The position numbers were made by a program, and so were the translations under genes. The notes below the pieces were generated by a model. It saw only the letters and a program-made list of their open reading frames with translations. It was not told the DNA's origin and did no database searches. This document shows positions 36,246-47,262 of a stretch of DNA of 64,000 nt, in pieces (within the stretch, counting starts at the first letter, position 1; each line of letters opens with the position of its first letter). The stretch lies in the sequence record KU521356.1. One strand, 5' to 3'.

Positions 36246-36473
36246 ATGAATAGCCTTGCATATAAAACAACTGTTGTATTTGGTAAGACATATCGCGTAA
36301 CAGGCAACAAAGCATTTATATCCATTCTAGATTCACGTGGTAATATTTGCTTTGAATTAAATATCGCTGAAAAGAAAGCATGCCAACCGTGTAATAACTT
36401 TAGACGGTATTGTTCAGGTATTGGCATTGCACCTGGTGACCTCATCAAAAAGATTCTCAACAGTGTTAATTGA
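36246..36473 (+). CDS. small Cys-containing hypothetical early protein
   Basis: ATG 36246 with AAGGA SD downstream of the promoter; track start 36168 lies upstream of that promoter. Confidence 0.7.
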   Translation: MNSLAYKTTVVFGKTYRVTGNKAFISILDSRGNICFELNIAEKKACQPCNNFRRYCSGIGIAPGDLIKKILNSVN

Positions 36474-36530
36474 TGATGGGTTATACCAGTATGTTTTTAA
36501 ATATGGTGTTATTTAGATATTATCTTAATG

Positions 36531-36564
36531 GCATAAGCCCTCCCATAATGGGAGGGCATTATGT
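36531..36564. terminator. bidirectional terminator
   Basis: GCCCTCCCA-TAA-TGGGAGGGC between convergent genes. Confidence 0.85.
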
Positions 36565-36577
36565 CTTTTTTTATTTT

Positions 36578-37387
<810 letters not shown>

Positions 37388-37514
37388 CTATAATGCGCTG
37401 TACGCGTTTTTTCGATGGAGATAATACCCAACTAAGGTATAATATACATCGGCTTACCACGAACAGATTTGACTAAAAATATTTTTAGATCTATATCATG
37501 TTCCTGAACATTTA

Positions 37515-37943
37515 ATGAGAGATTGTACTGTGACTACTCCCCAAGTAGCTGACCTGTATGTAATAGATGTAACGAGGGTGATAGCCAAGTTAGTACCAAG
37601 ATCGCCAAAAGAGCTAATAAATGCTCGTTTAGCAATTAGGTGCCAAAGCTTTGGAATACATCCAGATGACTATGGTACATTAGAGCATATATTTAAATCA
37701 GTAGAGGACAGCTTAATTGATGACTTCTTTAAATATTCTATTGACTCTTTTGAATTCATGTATACTACTGGATATAATCCAATAAATAACACCCCTCAAG
37801 AAATCCAATGGTTTCATGATAATCATGAGGCCGCATCTGATCTTTGGGATATATTAAAAATTATACCTAGAGTAAATGCAGGTAAGTTTGTAATATTTTA
37901 TCGGTTAAAGAACACAGTTTGGATCGCTATTCCAAAAAATTAA
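37515..37943 (+). CDS. hypothetical protein
   Basis: 142 aa, downstream of AGATCTATATCAT (37487-37499). Confidence 0.7.
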   Translation: MRDCTVTTPQVADLYVIDVTRVIAKLVPRSPKELINARLAIRCQSFGIHPDDYGTLEHIFKSVEDSLIDDFFKYSIDSFEFMYTTGYNPINNTPQEIQWFHDNHEAASDLWDILKIIPRVNAGKFVIFYRLKNTVWIAIPKN

Positions 37944-37956
37944 TTGGAGAAATATA

Positions 37957-39030
37957 ATGTCGAATAAGCTCATTGTACTTGATACGCGCCACCAAGAAAA
38001 AGCAATATACGATTTACTAGGTCAGCTTACAGCTTCAGCTTCAATTGATGAAGCGATTGGGGTGAAATTGAGTAAAGATGTGGCTCAACAGTTTTTACAT
38101 CTAATGGTTGAAAATATAGTAGAGAGTTTAGTTTCATATAAAACAGCCAAAGACCAGTACACCAATCTTAAGATGGCAGCAGCTATTTTTAATTGTGCTG
38201 TAACTGACGTAGATAGTAATAAAGTTGCTTGGGTAGAAAATCTAATGAAACTACCTTATCTAGAAACTATCTATCTAGATATCTATAAACAAGTAGCTAA
38301 ATATATCGATAGCGGTACATGGATCCAATGGGATGTAGTTAAAGCTGGTTCAGTTATAACTTTAATCAGTGGCAAAGATTATCGTATCGCGGAATATGAT
38401 CGTGTCCATGGGATTGATAATGGTGATGATCATGCAGTGGTATCACTTAACCTACTGAACCCATTAAACTATTTATTTAGTGAATTTCTCCGTACATTCT
38501 TCCATGGCTTTGACAGAATTAATTTACAAACATTAGGTTATAGTATCTACGAATCTAGGCGTAAAACTCAGCTATCTCTTGCTAATGGTGGTAGCTATAC
38601 TTTAAATAAAGACCACATCACCACTAACCATGCATATAACATCGCAGTAGAATATATTCAAGAACAGTTAACTGCATTACTTATTGGTGTAATTGTTAAA
38701 CAATATAGTAATATTAAAGTATCTTATCTAATACCTAAGGTTAACCATGATTTCTTTGCAAGTTTAGGACTTGATAATTTATTACTATTTGAAGAGAAAT
38801 ATATTAGCCCTCTAGTTAGTTCTATTAACATGGCATATTTTTCAACCAGAATTGAGCATGACGTTAAGTATGAACTAGAGTATCATAGCTATGTAATTTC
38901 TGTATACAAGAATAAGAATGCAACTTATCCTATTGAGAAATTAGTATTTGAATATCAACGTGGTGATTATTTACCTGATGATCAGCGAGCGCAAGCTGAG
39001 CGATACATTTTAGAAAATAATCTATACTAA
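37957..39030 (+). CDS. conserved hypothetical protein
   Basis: 357 aa, GGAG SD, terminator at 39031-39057. Confidence 0.85.
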   Translation: MSNKLIVLDTRHQEKAIYDLLGQLTASASIDEAIGVKLSKDVAQQFLHLMVENIVESLVSYKTAKDQYTNLKMAAAIFNCAVTDVDSNKVAWVENLMKLPYLETIYLDIYKQVAKYIDSGTWIQWDVVKAGSVITLISGKDYRIAEYDRVHGIDNGDDHAVVSLNLLNPLNYLFSEFLRTFFHGFDRINLQTLGYSIYESRRKTQLSLANGGSYTLNKDHITTNHAYNIAVEYIQEQLTALLIGVIVKQYSNIKVSYLIPKVNHDFFASLGLDNLLLFEEKYISPLVSSINMAYFSTRIEHDVKYELEYHSYVISVYKNKNATYPIEKLVFEYQRGDYLPDDQRAQAERYILENNLY

Positions 39031-39079
39031 ATAAAGCCCTCCTTATGGGGGGCTTTATACCGATTATAAGGTTTTTATA

Positions 39080-39469
39080 ATGAACATATCTAATGATAAA
39101 GACACATCAATGTGTATCAGAATGGAAGTAAGATCTTTTGTACAAGATCAACATTCTGATATTTGGAAATCTATAAAAAATAGTATTGGTGCAGAATATG
39201 CATTAACAATTGTATTGGCAGCAGCGTCTGAGAGGGCATCGGGTAGCACATCTAATGATGTCATAGAACTAATTAATCAGATGCTGGGTTATAGGGATAT
39301 TTGTGATATTAATTTAACAACTTATCTGTATAATTGTTCTAACCGGGTAGTTCTACCATCAGCTGGTAACATCCAGTTAAATAGGGTTATTTATGATACT
39401 GAGAAACCAGAAGATCTATACGTCACCATTACCCACACCACAACCTCGTTTTTTACTAAGAGCGACTAA
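39080..39469 (+). CDS. hypothetical protein
   Basis: 129-aa ORF. Confidence 0.6.
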   Translation: MNISNDKDTSMCIRMEVRSFVQDQHSDIWKSIKNSIGAEYALTIVLAAASERASGSTSNDVIELINQMLGYRDICDINLTTYLYNCSNRVVLPSAGNIQLNRVIYDTEKPEDLYVTITHTTTSFFTKSD

Positions 39470-39845
39470 AAGTAAACTTATTAAAGATGATAACTATCTA
39501 AGATTTGTATTGGACTTTTTAGATATTAGTTATATCGAAGCAATGCATTTGCTTGTTGCATTGGCAGAACAGAAGCTTATGCAAATGGTCGTTAAAGAAG
39601 AAATGTTCTATGAATATGCTAAAGACATTCATTTCATGCATAAACTAATAGAACTTCTCGATGAGGGTGCTGAGCAGATCATGCACCTCATTCCAACAAA
39701 TACTAAGGAACTGTGGTATGAAACAGAAGCACGAGATGGATTGTACATCGGAGGAAGTACAACGTCTGGTATATGTATTGCCAATCGAAGTGGTATTCCC
39801 ACAATTAATCACATTGATAAAGAAATTTACTTACCTAACAAATAA
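39393..39845 (+). CDS. hypothetical protein (start uncertain)
   Basis: 150-aa ORF overlapping the upstream ORF by 77 nt. Confidence 0.55.
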   Translation: MILRNQKIYTSPLPTPQPRFLLRATKSKLIKDDNYLRFVLDFLDISYIEAMHLLVALAEQKLMQMVVKEEMFYEYAKDIHFMHKLIELLDEGAEQIMHLIPTNTKELWYETEARDGLYIGGSTTSGICIANRSGIPTINHIDKEIYLPNK

Positions 39846-40117
39846 AGATGAAGCTACAGTCATCGTCTTATTAACTCAATGGGTTGTTAAGATGATGTCT
39901 AAATTACAACAGGATAATACGGTTATTCCTTTTGTGGATATATCAATACAACTAGGAAATGGTCCAGATTAGGATGAGTTCATTAATTTGTTCTATACAA
40001 CTGGAATCCAATTACTACATAGAACACCGAAGAATTTAATAGACTATAAGTTCATTAGTGTAATAGATAACAAAGTTGTTCTATTAACTATAGTCACTGG
40101 TAAAGAGTGGAGTCAAT

Positions 40118-40552
40118 ATGCAATTGTTGCTAATTTTGAAACCGCGTTCTTTTACGGAAGAGCTAGGTGTAGATGAACCGACTGACTTTGTACTGTGGTG
40201 TATCAATAGACTTCTAGCAGCATATGTAGAATACTTTAACCACTGGCAGAGATTAGATTGGCCTACCTTTTTAGAGCAATGGTTAGAAGATTACTTAAGC
40301 GATACCTATATAGAACCAGATAGACCGATGAGCATGATGGTATTTGATCATCAGGGAAATCCTAATACTATCAATTGGCACTTAAGATCTGCTGAGATTA
40401 TCGAAAGGGTATTGGATTTATTTGGAACTGATTTCTTAGAGATAATCCAAAAACAAGTTATTCAAGCAGGTAATCTTATTACTAGTCTTAAATGTATAGA
40501 AGTAGATAAATATAAGATGGTAACTAAATTAGTTATGAGGTCTCAAACATGA
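40118..40552 (+). CDS. hypothetical protein
   Basis: 144 aa, GGAG SD, ATGA overlap with the next gene. Confidence 0.7.
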   Translation: MQLLLILKPRSFTEELGVDEPTDFVLWCINRLLAAYVEYFNHWQRLDWPTFLEQWLEDYLSDTYIEPDRPMSMMVFDHQGNPNTINWHLRSAEIIERVLDLFGTDFLEIIQKQVIQAGNLITSLKCIEVDKYKMVTKLVMRSQT

Positions 40553-41085
40553 TGCATCCACTTCTTTATAGACAACAAGAAATGCAGCGGATAAATGATG
40601 CTAATAACATAACTCCAGGCCAACAAGGAATGACGAGTTTCGTAGTTATTAACATCAGTGATATCTGGCCCATTGTTAATAAAATGGCTGATGTAGTTGT
40701 CAATAAGTCTTACAATACTCCTTACCCATATACTGAACACCAATCTATAGAACAGTTATGGTATCAGGCGATTAATGCATATATTGAATTTCTAGCACAA
40801 CAGCCTACTCAACCAATTATAGGGGTTGACTATTATTTACAAGAATACTTTCCATCAGTAGCGCCTGTGATTATGCAAGATAAATATGCATTGAGTATTC
40901 TTAATATGTGGTTTGCAGCTGTGTGTAAAACACTGGCTAGTAAACTACAATCTGAAATAGCGTATCTTTATCAGAATGGATATGGTGTAGAAAGAATCCA
41001 ATCAATAGCAGTTGATCAACATAATCAAGGTTATATTCTAGAAGGTGAAGACTTTGGTATGGACTGCTACAATGATGTGGATTAA
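40549..41085 (+). CDS. hypothetical protein
   Basis: 178 aa, GAGG SD. Confidence 0.8.
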   Translation: MMHPLLYRQQEMQRINDANNITPGQQGMTSFVVINISDIWPIVNKMADVVVNKSYNTPYPYTEHQSIEQLWYQAINAYIEFLAQQPTQPIIGVDYYLQEYFPSVAPVIMQDKYALSILNMWFAAVCKTLASKLQSEIAYLYQNGYGVERIQSIAVDQHNQGYILEGEDFGMDCYNDVD

Positions 41086-41157
41086 GTGACACATATTAAC
41101 AATTGACGTAAATAGGAAAGCCTATCGGTTCACATAGGCTTCCTACTAGGAACCGAT

Positions 41158-41541
41158 ATGGAAAAACGAGTATTTATCGTATTTAAATCTAAAGAGTCAG
41201 AAATATATTCGCAACATTTGCTTCGTGAATATACAAAACGAATGATATATCCAGATTGTCCAACACCACTTGATTTATTTGAAGAATCACGTAAGTTAAG
41301 TTATATGGATACGCTTAATAATGACATATATATCCATATGCTGATGTATGGACATGACTCATTTGATGATCCTGACGAAGATATTGAGTTAGAGAATTAT
41401 TCTACTAAAGGATATGTTATTGAATATTGTACCGACTTTATCAATAGCTTTAAAGAAAAATATCCAAATGGACATGTATTAATTACAGTGCCAATGGATA
41501 CAAAAGGTCTGTTTGGTGTAGTTGTATTACTAGATGAGTAA
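41158..41541 (+). CDS. hypothetical protein
   Basis: 127 aa, TAGGA SD inside a predicted pseudoknot. Confidence 0.75.
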   Translation: MEKRVFIVFKSKESEIYSQHLLREYTKRMIYPDCPTPLDLFEESRKLSYMDTLNNDIYIHMLMYGHDSFDDPDEDIELENYSTKGYVIEYCTDFINSFKEKYPNGHVLITVPMDTKGLFGVVVLLDE

Positions 41542-41566
41542 TACCCTATGTAACCAACTATTTTAG

Positions 41567-41992
<426 letters not shown>

Positions 41993-42192
41993 CTATAAAG
42001 GAGCCATTATGGCTCCTTTTATGTTGTATTATTTTTACTTGCTTACATCATCTAATGTGAATGTAAGTTGATGTGCTACCTCTCAATTTAGGGTGCCCGT
42101 ATAGGGTACCCATTCTTTCCTTTTCTTTTTTAGTTAAAGAGAGAGAAATCATTCACTATAATTAAAAATAAGTATACTGAGAGATATGTGAA

Positions 42193-44388
42193 ATGACCGC
42201 ATTTGCCCAACCAAATCCGTTTTTAAAAGATGTCAATGATTACCATCGTGATATTGATATCATTAATGCATGTCTTGATGATAATGCCAAATATCTTCAA
42301 TTAATGACAAAAGATGAATTAAATATTAGTTTAGAAGAATGTAAAGAATTTGTTAAAGAACAATTACGTCAAAATGGCGAATATGCACTTCGTAATCCAT
42401 TAGCAACTATTCTAGATAAAAATAAGTTTGGTGATAGGGAATTAAAGACGGTTTCATTTATGGCTTTTCTTAACCGTGTTAAGAAACAGAATCTATTATT
42501 ATCTCCATCAATGACCGCATATTTACCAGAGTCTGTTAGACAGTCTACGCACTCCATCTATATTGCCGAAGGTGTGAAAAACCGTAAGCGTGTTAAAGGT
42601 GAACAGATGCAGGCTGAACGTGAAGCAGCTGCTTTCCTACAGGCCGGCGATAAAGAGAATTCACAAATTAAAACAGAACTTGCACAAGTACGTAAAGGCG
42701 AGCAAGAAAACTTCAAAATTAACAATAACTCATATTCAGGCGGTACTGTATCTGCTGCCACTATTCTTTATTATAAGTCCACACACTCTAGTTTAACATC
42801 TACCTGTAGAACTGGTACCTCTTATGCTAACTCAAATAATGAAAAATTCATTATGGGTAATAGGCATTATTATACTCCAGAAATCACAAAAGCTAATTTA
42901 GTAAACACTATTAATGTAGCTGATATGGAGTTAATTCAAAAAGCAGTAACTAATTTTAATCTACATTGCCCAACGCCAGAAGAAGTAGTTGATATGGTTC
43001 TTTATTCAACTAAACACTATTGGCAAAATAAGTACTACACGGCGCAGATTTTAAAACTAGCTACTGGGATGACACCAGTCGAACGAGCAGCAGTTATGTA
43101 CGTAGGTGATCTATATCACTTATATAAATACAATAAAGAATTAATCAAGAGCTTTCTAATTAAATTAAGCCAGGTTGGAACAAAAGAACAAATCATCACT
43201 GAAGAAGAATATTCAACTTATGATGGTGATATGGATCTATTGGCTAGCTTTATTTGCTTTGATACTGTTAAAGGTCGATCTAAAGCTAAACTAAAAGAGT
43301 CAGATCCAGATACATTAAACCAAGTTTATGCCACTGGTCGAAATATCGCTGAAACTCTTAATGAATATCGTCTATTGATTGAAGCTTTCTTCTTGACTAA
43401 ATGTGTACCATCAAGCATTCATGCTTTTCCAACTGTGTATAGACGAGCTGCTGTTATTTCAGATACTGACTCCACTATGTTTACATTACAATGGTGGGTT
43501 GAGGAATTCTTTGGTAAAGTAACTTTTAGCAATGAAGCTAAGCGACTAGTATTCGCACTAGTGTTTCTAGTGTCTGAAGTAGTTATGCATATCTTGGCGA
43601 TTCAATCCGCTAATATGGGTGTATCTAAAGATAAGCTTCGTCTATTTGCAATGAAGAACGAATATTATTTCGCAGTACTGGCCTTAACTACTCGTTCTAA
43701 ACATTACTTTGCATCACAGGATGCCCAAGAAGGGGTAATGTTTAATGAGTCACGAATGGAGATCAAGGGTGTAGGACTAAGGGATAGTAAAGTACCTAAG
43801 AAGATTAATAGTCGTGCTAAAACACTCATGGAAGATATCATTAAAACTGTAAAGACTGAAGAGAAAATCGACTTGGCTTCAATTCTAAAAGAAGTTGGTG
43901 ATATCGAAAGAGAAATTATTGAGTCTGTTAGAAGTGGTAAAGCTGAGTATCTGACAAGTGGTCAAACTAAACGACCTGAGTCTTATAAATCTGAAGATAA
44001 CTCAACCCATAAAAAGGGATTAGTGTGGAAGACTGTATTTGCTCCATCATTTGGTGACGCTGGTGATCCACCTTATTCACATGTAAAGATCTCAGTTACT
44101 CTTAATAATAAAACTGCGATCAAAGAATGGATTGATGGTATCGAAGATAAGAAATTAGCTGCTCGTATTCAAGCATGGGTTACTGAAGAAAATAAAACCA
44201 GTATTGGTGATTTCCATATCCCGAGTACAGTAGTAGAAACTGGTCGTATTCCAGAAGTTATTACGCGTGTTGCTGACGTTAGAACTATCATTGGAAATAC
44301 TATGGGTGTATTCTATCTAACCTTAGAGTCCCTAGGTATTTTCCTTATTGATAAAAATAACGATCGACTCATCTCCGACTTCTATTAA
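42193..44388 (+). CDS. family-B DNA polymerase, polymerase-domain subunit of the split phiKZ-type PolB (gp50-like)
   Basis: 731 aa; motif B KINNNSYSG, motif C ISDTDS, then KNEY/KHY and KGVG. Confidence 0.88.
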   Translation: MTAFAQPNPFLKDVNDYHRDIDIINACLDDNAKYLQLMTKDELNISLEECKEFVKEQLRQNGEYALRNPLATILDKNKFGDRELKTVSFMAFLNRVKKQNLLLSPSMTAYLPESVRQSTHSIYIAEGVKNRKRVKGEQMQAEREAAAFLQAGDKENSQIKTELAQVRKGEQENFKINNNSYSGGTVSAATILYYKSTHSSLTSTCRTGTSYANSNNEKFIMGNRHYYTPEITKANLVNTINVADMELIQKAVTNFNLHCPTPEEVVDMVLYSTKHYWQNKYYTAQILKLATGMTPVERAAVMYVGDLYHLYKYNKELIKSFLIKLSQVGTKEQIITEEEYSTYDGDMDLLASFICFDTVKGRSKAKLKESDPDTLNQVYATGRNIAETLNEYRLLIEAFFLTKCVPSSIHAFPTVYRRAAVISDTDSTMFTLQWWVEEFFGKVTFSNEAKRLVFALVFLVSEVVMHILAIQSANMGVSKDKLRLFAMKNEYYFAVLALTTRSKHYFASQDAQEGVMFNESRMEIKGVGLRDSKVPKKINSRAKTLMEDIIKTVKTEEKIDLASILKEVGDIEREIIESVRSGKAEYLTSGQTKRPESYKSEDNSTHKKGLVWKTVFAPSFGDAGDPPYSHVKISVTLNNKTAIKEWIDGIEDKKLAARIQAWVTEENKTSIGDFHIPSTVVETGRIPEVITRVADVRTIIGNTMGVFYLTLESLGIFLIDKNNDRLISDFY

Positions 44389-44396
44389 GAAATATA

Positions 44397-44449
44397 GCCT
44401 CCCCTAGTGGGAGGCTTATATACTAAAAAATAATTAAGATTTATATAGT
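44397..44449 (+). promoter_or_regulatory. terminator plus promoter module
   Basis: GCCTCCC..GGGAGGC hairpin, then CTAAAAAATAATTAAGAT (identical to 25197-25214) and TTATATAG. Confidence 0.65.
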
Positions 44450-44486
44450 CTGATTGCCAATTACTAACTTAATATGGTTCAATATA

Positions 44487-44663
44487 ATGACAAATCATAC
44501 CGAATTTAATTTTGACTTAGATCGGATGAAGAAGGCAATTAATAGCGGCACTATCACATTACCAACAGTACCATCGGGATTAACTCGTGAAGAGAAACGA
44601 GCTTTTATCCGAAAATATATTAAAGATAAATTAAAAGAGGTAGATGATAATGGAAAAGACTAA
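44487..44663 (+). CDS. small hypothetical protein
   Basis: MTNHTEFNFDLDRMKKAINSGTITLPTVPSGLTREEKRAFIRK; ATG start preferred over the ATT-type track start. Confidence 0.6.
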   Translation: MTNHTEFNFDLDRMKKAINSGTITLPTVPSGLTREEKRAFIRKYIKDKLKEVDDNGKD

Positions 44664-45369
44664 TGAAGTTCGTGTAATCACTTGGAATGATTATAGTAAA
44701 TTAGTAAATGATAATCGTATTAGGATCCATGGATTAGCCCCTGATGATTCCACCAAAGCAACAGCCTATGTTCTTTTGGATGATGGTACTGAGGAATTGG
44801 TATATGTAACTTATTCTAATGAATTAAAAGAAGCTGATGTTACTACTGAAACAACTGCAATTACTAGTGATAAAAGTTCACTAGATGATGTTCAACCAAT
44901 TGGTTTAATTACCTCTAATAACGAACCACCAAAGTTAAATAGTCTAAATGACTATATCGATGAATTCAATTGGCACTCAAGTGCTGACAATGATTACAAT
45001 AATGTCTCACTTGAATTAATGCTAAATACCCATCATACAACTCTTTGGGAATGTGATAATATTCTAGTAAAAGACGTAACTATTAAACAAGCTCTTAAAG
45101 AAGGTGTTGATAAACAACTTATTAATACTGATAGTTCATTCGATGAACTGGTTACGCATCTAAGGCTAACTGCTAAAACTATTATGGATCCATTAGATGA
45201 AATGGATAATGGAGTTAAAAGCAGTGACCAAGCTGTAGTTGATCAATTACTAAATCATGACCGTCGACCAGGTAAGTTTAGTAATAAAATGCTATTGCCA
45301 GCTATCCCAGGAATTAACCGAGCTGAACGTAGAAAATTACTTTCTAAAATGAAGAAAGGTAATTTCTAA
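44644..45369 (+). CDS. hypothetical acidic protein with basic tail
   Basis: 241 aa, GAGGT SD. Confidence 0.75.
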   Translation: MIMEKTNEVRVITWNDYSKLVNDNRIRIHGLAPDDSTKATAYVLLDDGTEELVYVTYSNELKEADVTTETTAITSDKSSLDDVQPIGLITSNNEPPKLNSLNDYIDEFNWHSSADNDYNNVSLELMLNTHHTTLWECDNILVKDVTIKQALKEGVDKQLINTDSSFDELVTHLRLTAKTIMDPLDEMDNGVKSSDQAVVDQLLNHDRRPGKFSNKMLLPAIPGINRAERRKLLSKMKKGNF

Positions 45370-45380
45370 TAAAACGGCAT

Positions 45381-45410
45381 ATAACCCCCTCCAATTTAGG
45401 AGGGGGTTTA
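45381..45410. terminator. bidirectional terminator
   Basis: AACCCCCTCC-AATTTA-GGAGGGGGTT between convergent genes. Confidence 0.85.
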
Positions 45411-45412
45411 TG

Positions 45413-46504
45413 TCACATTTCTTTTCTTTTAAGTGCATCTATCATCCAATCAACTTGTGCCTGTTGAGCTTTTACAAACTCGCTATTTGCTTGTTGCTTA
45501 AATGCTTGATCATTAGATGCTTCTATAAGATCAATTAATACAGCGTTAACAGAAGATTGATCATAACCAGTGTTCTTTAAAAGCTGTCCTACAAGATACT
45601 TAATGAAGGGTGTGCGAGCCAATACATAAGCCCATTCATTATTCCTATTAATAGGTTCTCGTGGGAGTCGCATCATATCGAACAAATTAGATTGTACGAT
45701 AGCTGGTGTTATCCATGATAAACCTTCCATGTCTACACCCTTTAATATGGATTCTCTATTGATAGTTGTACATAGTTTATCAATACGTGGATTCATATCA
45801 GTGATGTAAAATGGATGCGGTATAGGGAATGTTGGATTTTTAATATCTAAAGCATTCCTTGCTAACCTGTTAAAGAAAGAAATATCTAAATAAGAGTCAA
45901 CCATATTTGGCAATACAAATGATCCTATAAACCTATATGTATCTTCAACTTCATCAGGATTCTTCTCAACTTGCCATCGATACCAGTAACGGTACATCAC
46001 AAGAAGCATTGGTATATTTACTAGAGTTACACCATAGCCTCTACCCTGCGTGGTATTGTTCATGATAGGTAAATTAGTATCAGTACGTGTATGATACAGA
46101 TACGTAACAGGGGAAAGTTTATACCATGTTTTATTTAGATCTTTTAGATCAAAGCTCTCTGATGTGGATACTAAAACTTCTTCAGTCTGAGGGCCAAGTG
46201 TAACACCACCTACATGAACCTTACCTTTATTTAAAGATGATGTAATACCAAATGAACGAATAATAGCACGTGAACGATCGTCCACGTTCTTTATAAAAGT
46301 AGCATCATCACTTAGTAACTCTACGTTAAAATGTCGAATCATTTGTGCTAATATATTTTTAGATTCAACATACTTCGGTGCCCGTCTATAATAACTTTTA
46401 ACGTCCCTAATTTGCTCAGCGTAGATTCGTCGGATATAATGGATGTTAGGATCAACCACCTGCCCCAATTTACGTGACGGAGCATTCTTAAATAAATTAT
46501 ACAT
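45413..46504 (-). CDS. conserved hypothetical protein (phiKZ gp52-like by synteny)
   Basis: 363-aa ORF on the - strand, two genes before chimallin. Confidence 0.8.
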   Translation of the reverse strand: MYNLFKNAPSRKLGQVVDPNIHYIRRIYAEQIRDVKSYYRRAPKYVESKNILAQMIRHFNVELLSDDATFIKNVDDRSRAIIRSFGITSSLNKGKVHVGGVTLGPQTEEVLVSTSESFDLKDLNKTWYKLSPVTYLYHTRTDTNLPIMNNTTQGRGYGVTLVNIPMLLVMYRYWYRWQVEKNPDEVEDTYRFIGSFVLPNMVDSYLDISFFNRLARNALDIKNPTFPIPHPFYITDMNPRIDKLCTTINRESILKGVDMEGLSWITPAIVQSNLFDMMRLPREPINRNNEWAYVLARTPFIKYLVGQLLKNTGYDQSSVNAVLIDLIEASNDQAFKQQANSEFVKAQQAQVDWMIDALKRKEM

Positions 46505-46585
46505 GGTTATTATCCGATTAAAAATTAATTGAGATCTATATCATAGTTTGGTAACAACAGTAGTAATTACAAATAGGAATATACA

Positions 46586-46951
46586 ATGGCTAAAAATAAT
46601 GTTGAAGACCCGCCACTATATTTAGGTAATAACAAAGATCTTACCGTATACATGACTAGCAAAGAAATTGTAGTTAACTTTTTCAATGTAGAGCGTAGAG
46701 TTAAGATAGATCCTAATGACCCCAATCCATTAGCAACTGCTACTAAACTCCATGAGGAATTAGTTAAGCTATTAGTCGCGCATCGATTTGGTAGTGTAGT
46801 TAAAGTAAATGAAACATCTGCTTCAGCACATTCACCATTTGTTGCTAAATTTGACACAACTGATAATAATAAAGTTGATCCAGTTAGTAAACTATACAAA
46901 CTGTACCATTCTCTTTTTGGAACAGTTCGTAAATATATGCAAAGTAAATGA
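46586..46951 (+). CDS. hypothetical protein
   Basis: 121 aa, AGGA SD, promoter-like GAGATCTATATCAT at 46531-46544. Confidence 0.75.
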   Translation: MAKNNVEDPPLYLGNNKDLTVYMTSKEIVVNFFNVERRVKIDPNDPNPLATATKLHEELVKLLVAHRFGSVVKVNETSASAHSPFVAKFDTTDNNKVDPVSKLYKLYHSLFGTVRKYMQSK

Positions 46952-47073
46952 TAACTGCATTTTATAAAAATACTGATAGTTATTATTTAATACAGGACTG
47001 ACGTAAATTAGTTTCTGGATTCAAACTTTATACCCATAAACTCAAAAAAGAAGATATGGAAATTGTAAAATGA
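46948..47073 (+). pseudogene. 41-codon ORF interrupted by an in-frame TGA (46999-47001)
   Basis: ATGA-coupled to the upstream stop; MITAFYKNTDSYYLIQD*RKLVSGFKLYTHKLKKEDMEIVK. Confidence 0.45.
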
Positions 47074-47166
47074 AAAATAAATAATACTCAGATTGTAATA
47101 ATATGTAGTGAACATAGTGTTCGTTACGATCTGCTGATAGCAGATTATAGCGTCTATGTTGTAATG

Positions 47167-47193
47167 AAAAAAATTTGAGATTTATATTACTAA
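47167..47193 (+). promoter_or_regulatory. chmA promoter
   Basis: AAAAAAATTTGAGATTTATATTACTAA; 26/27 identical to 60827-60853. Confidence 0.8.
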
Positions 47194-47262
47194 ATTGAAT
47201 CTAGTATACTAAGTACTTAGGTTCTTCTTGATCAAGAAACCATAATCGTAAAGGTATTTAAA

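Noticed and set aside
42193-44388. Intein or intron in the DNA polymerase subunit
   Set aside because: Continuous ORF with normal motif B to C order; no intein termini or group I core elements seen.
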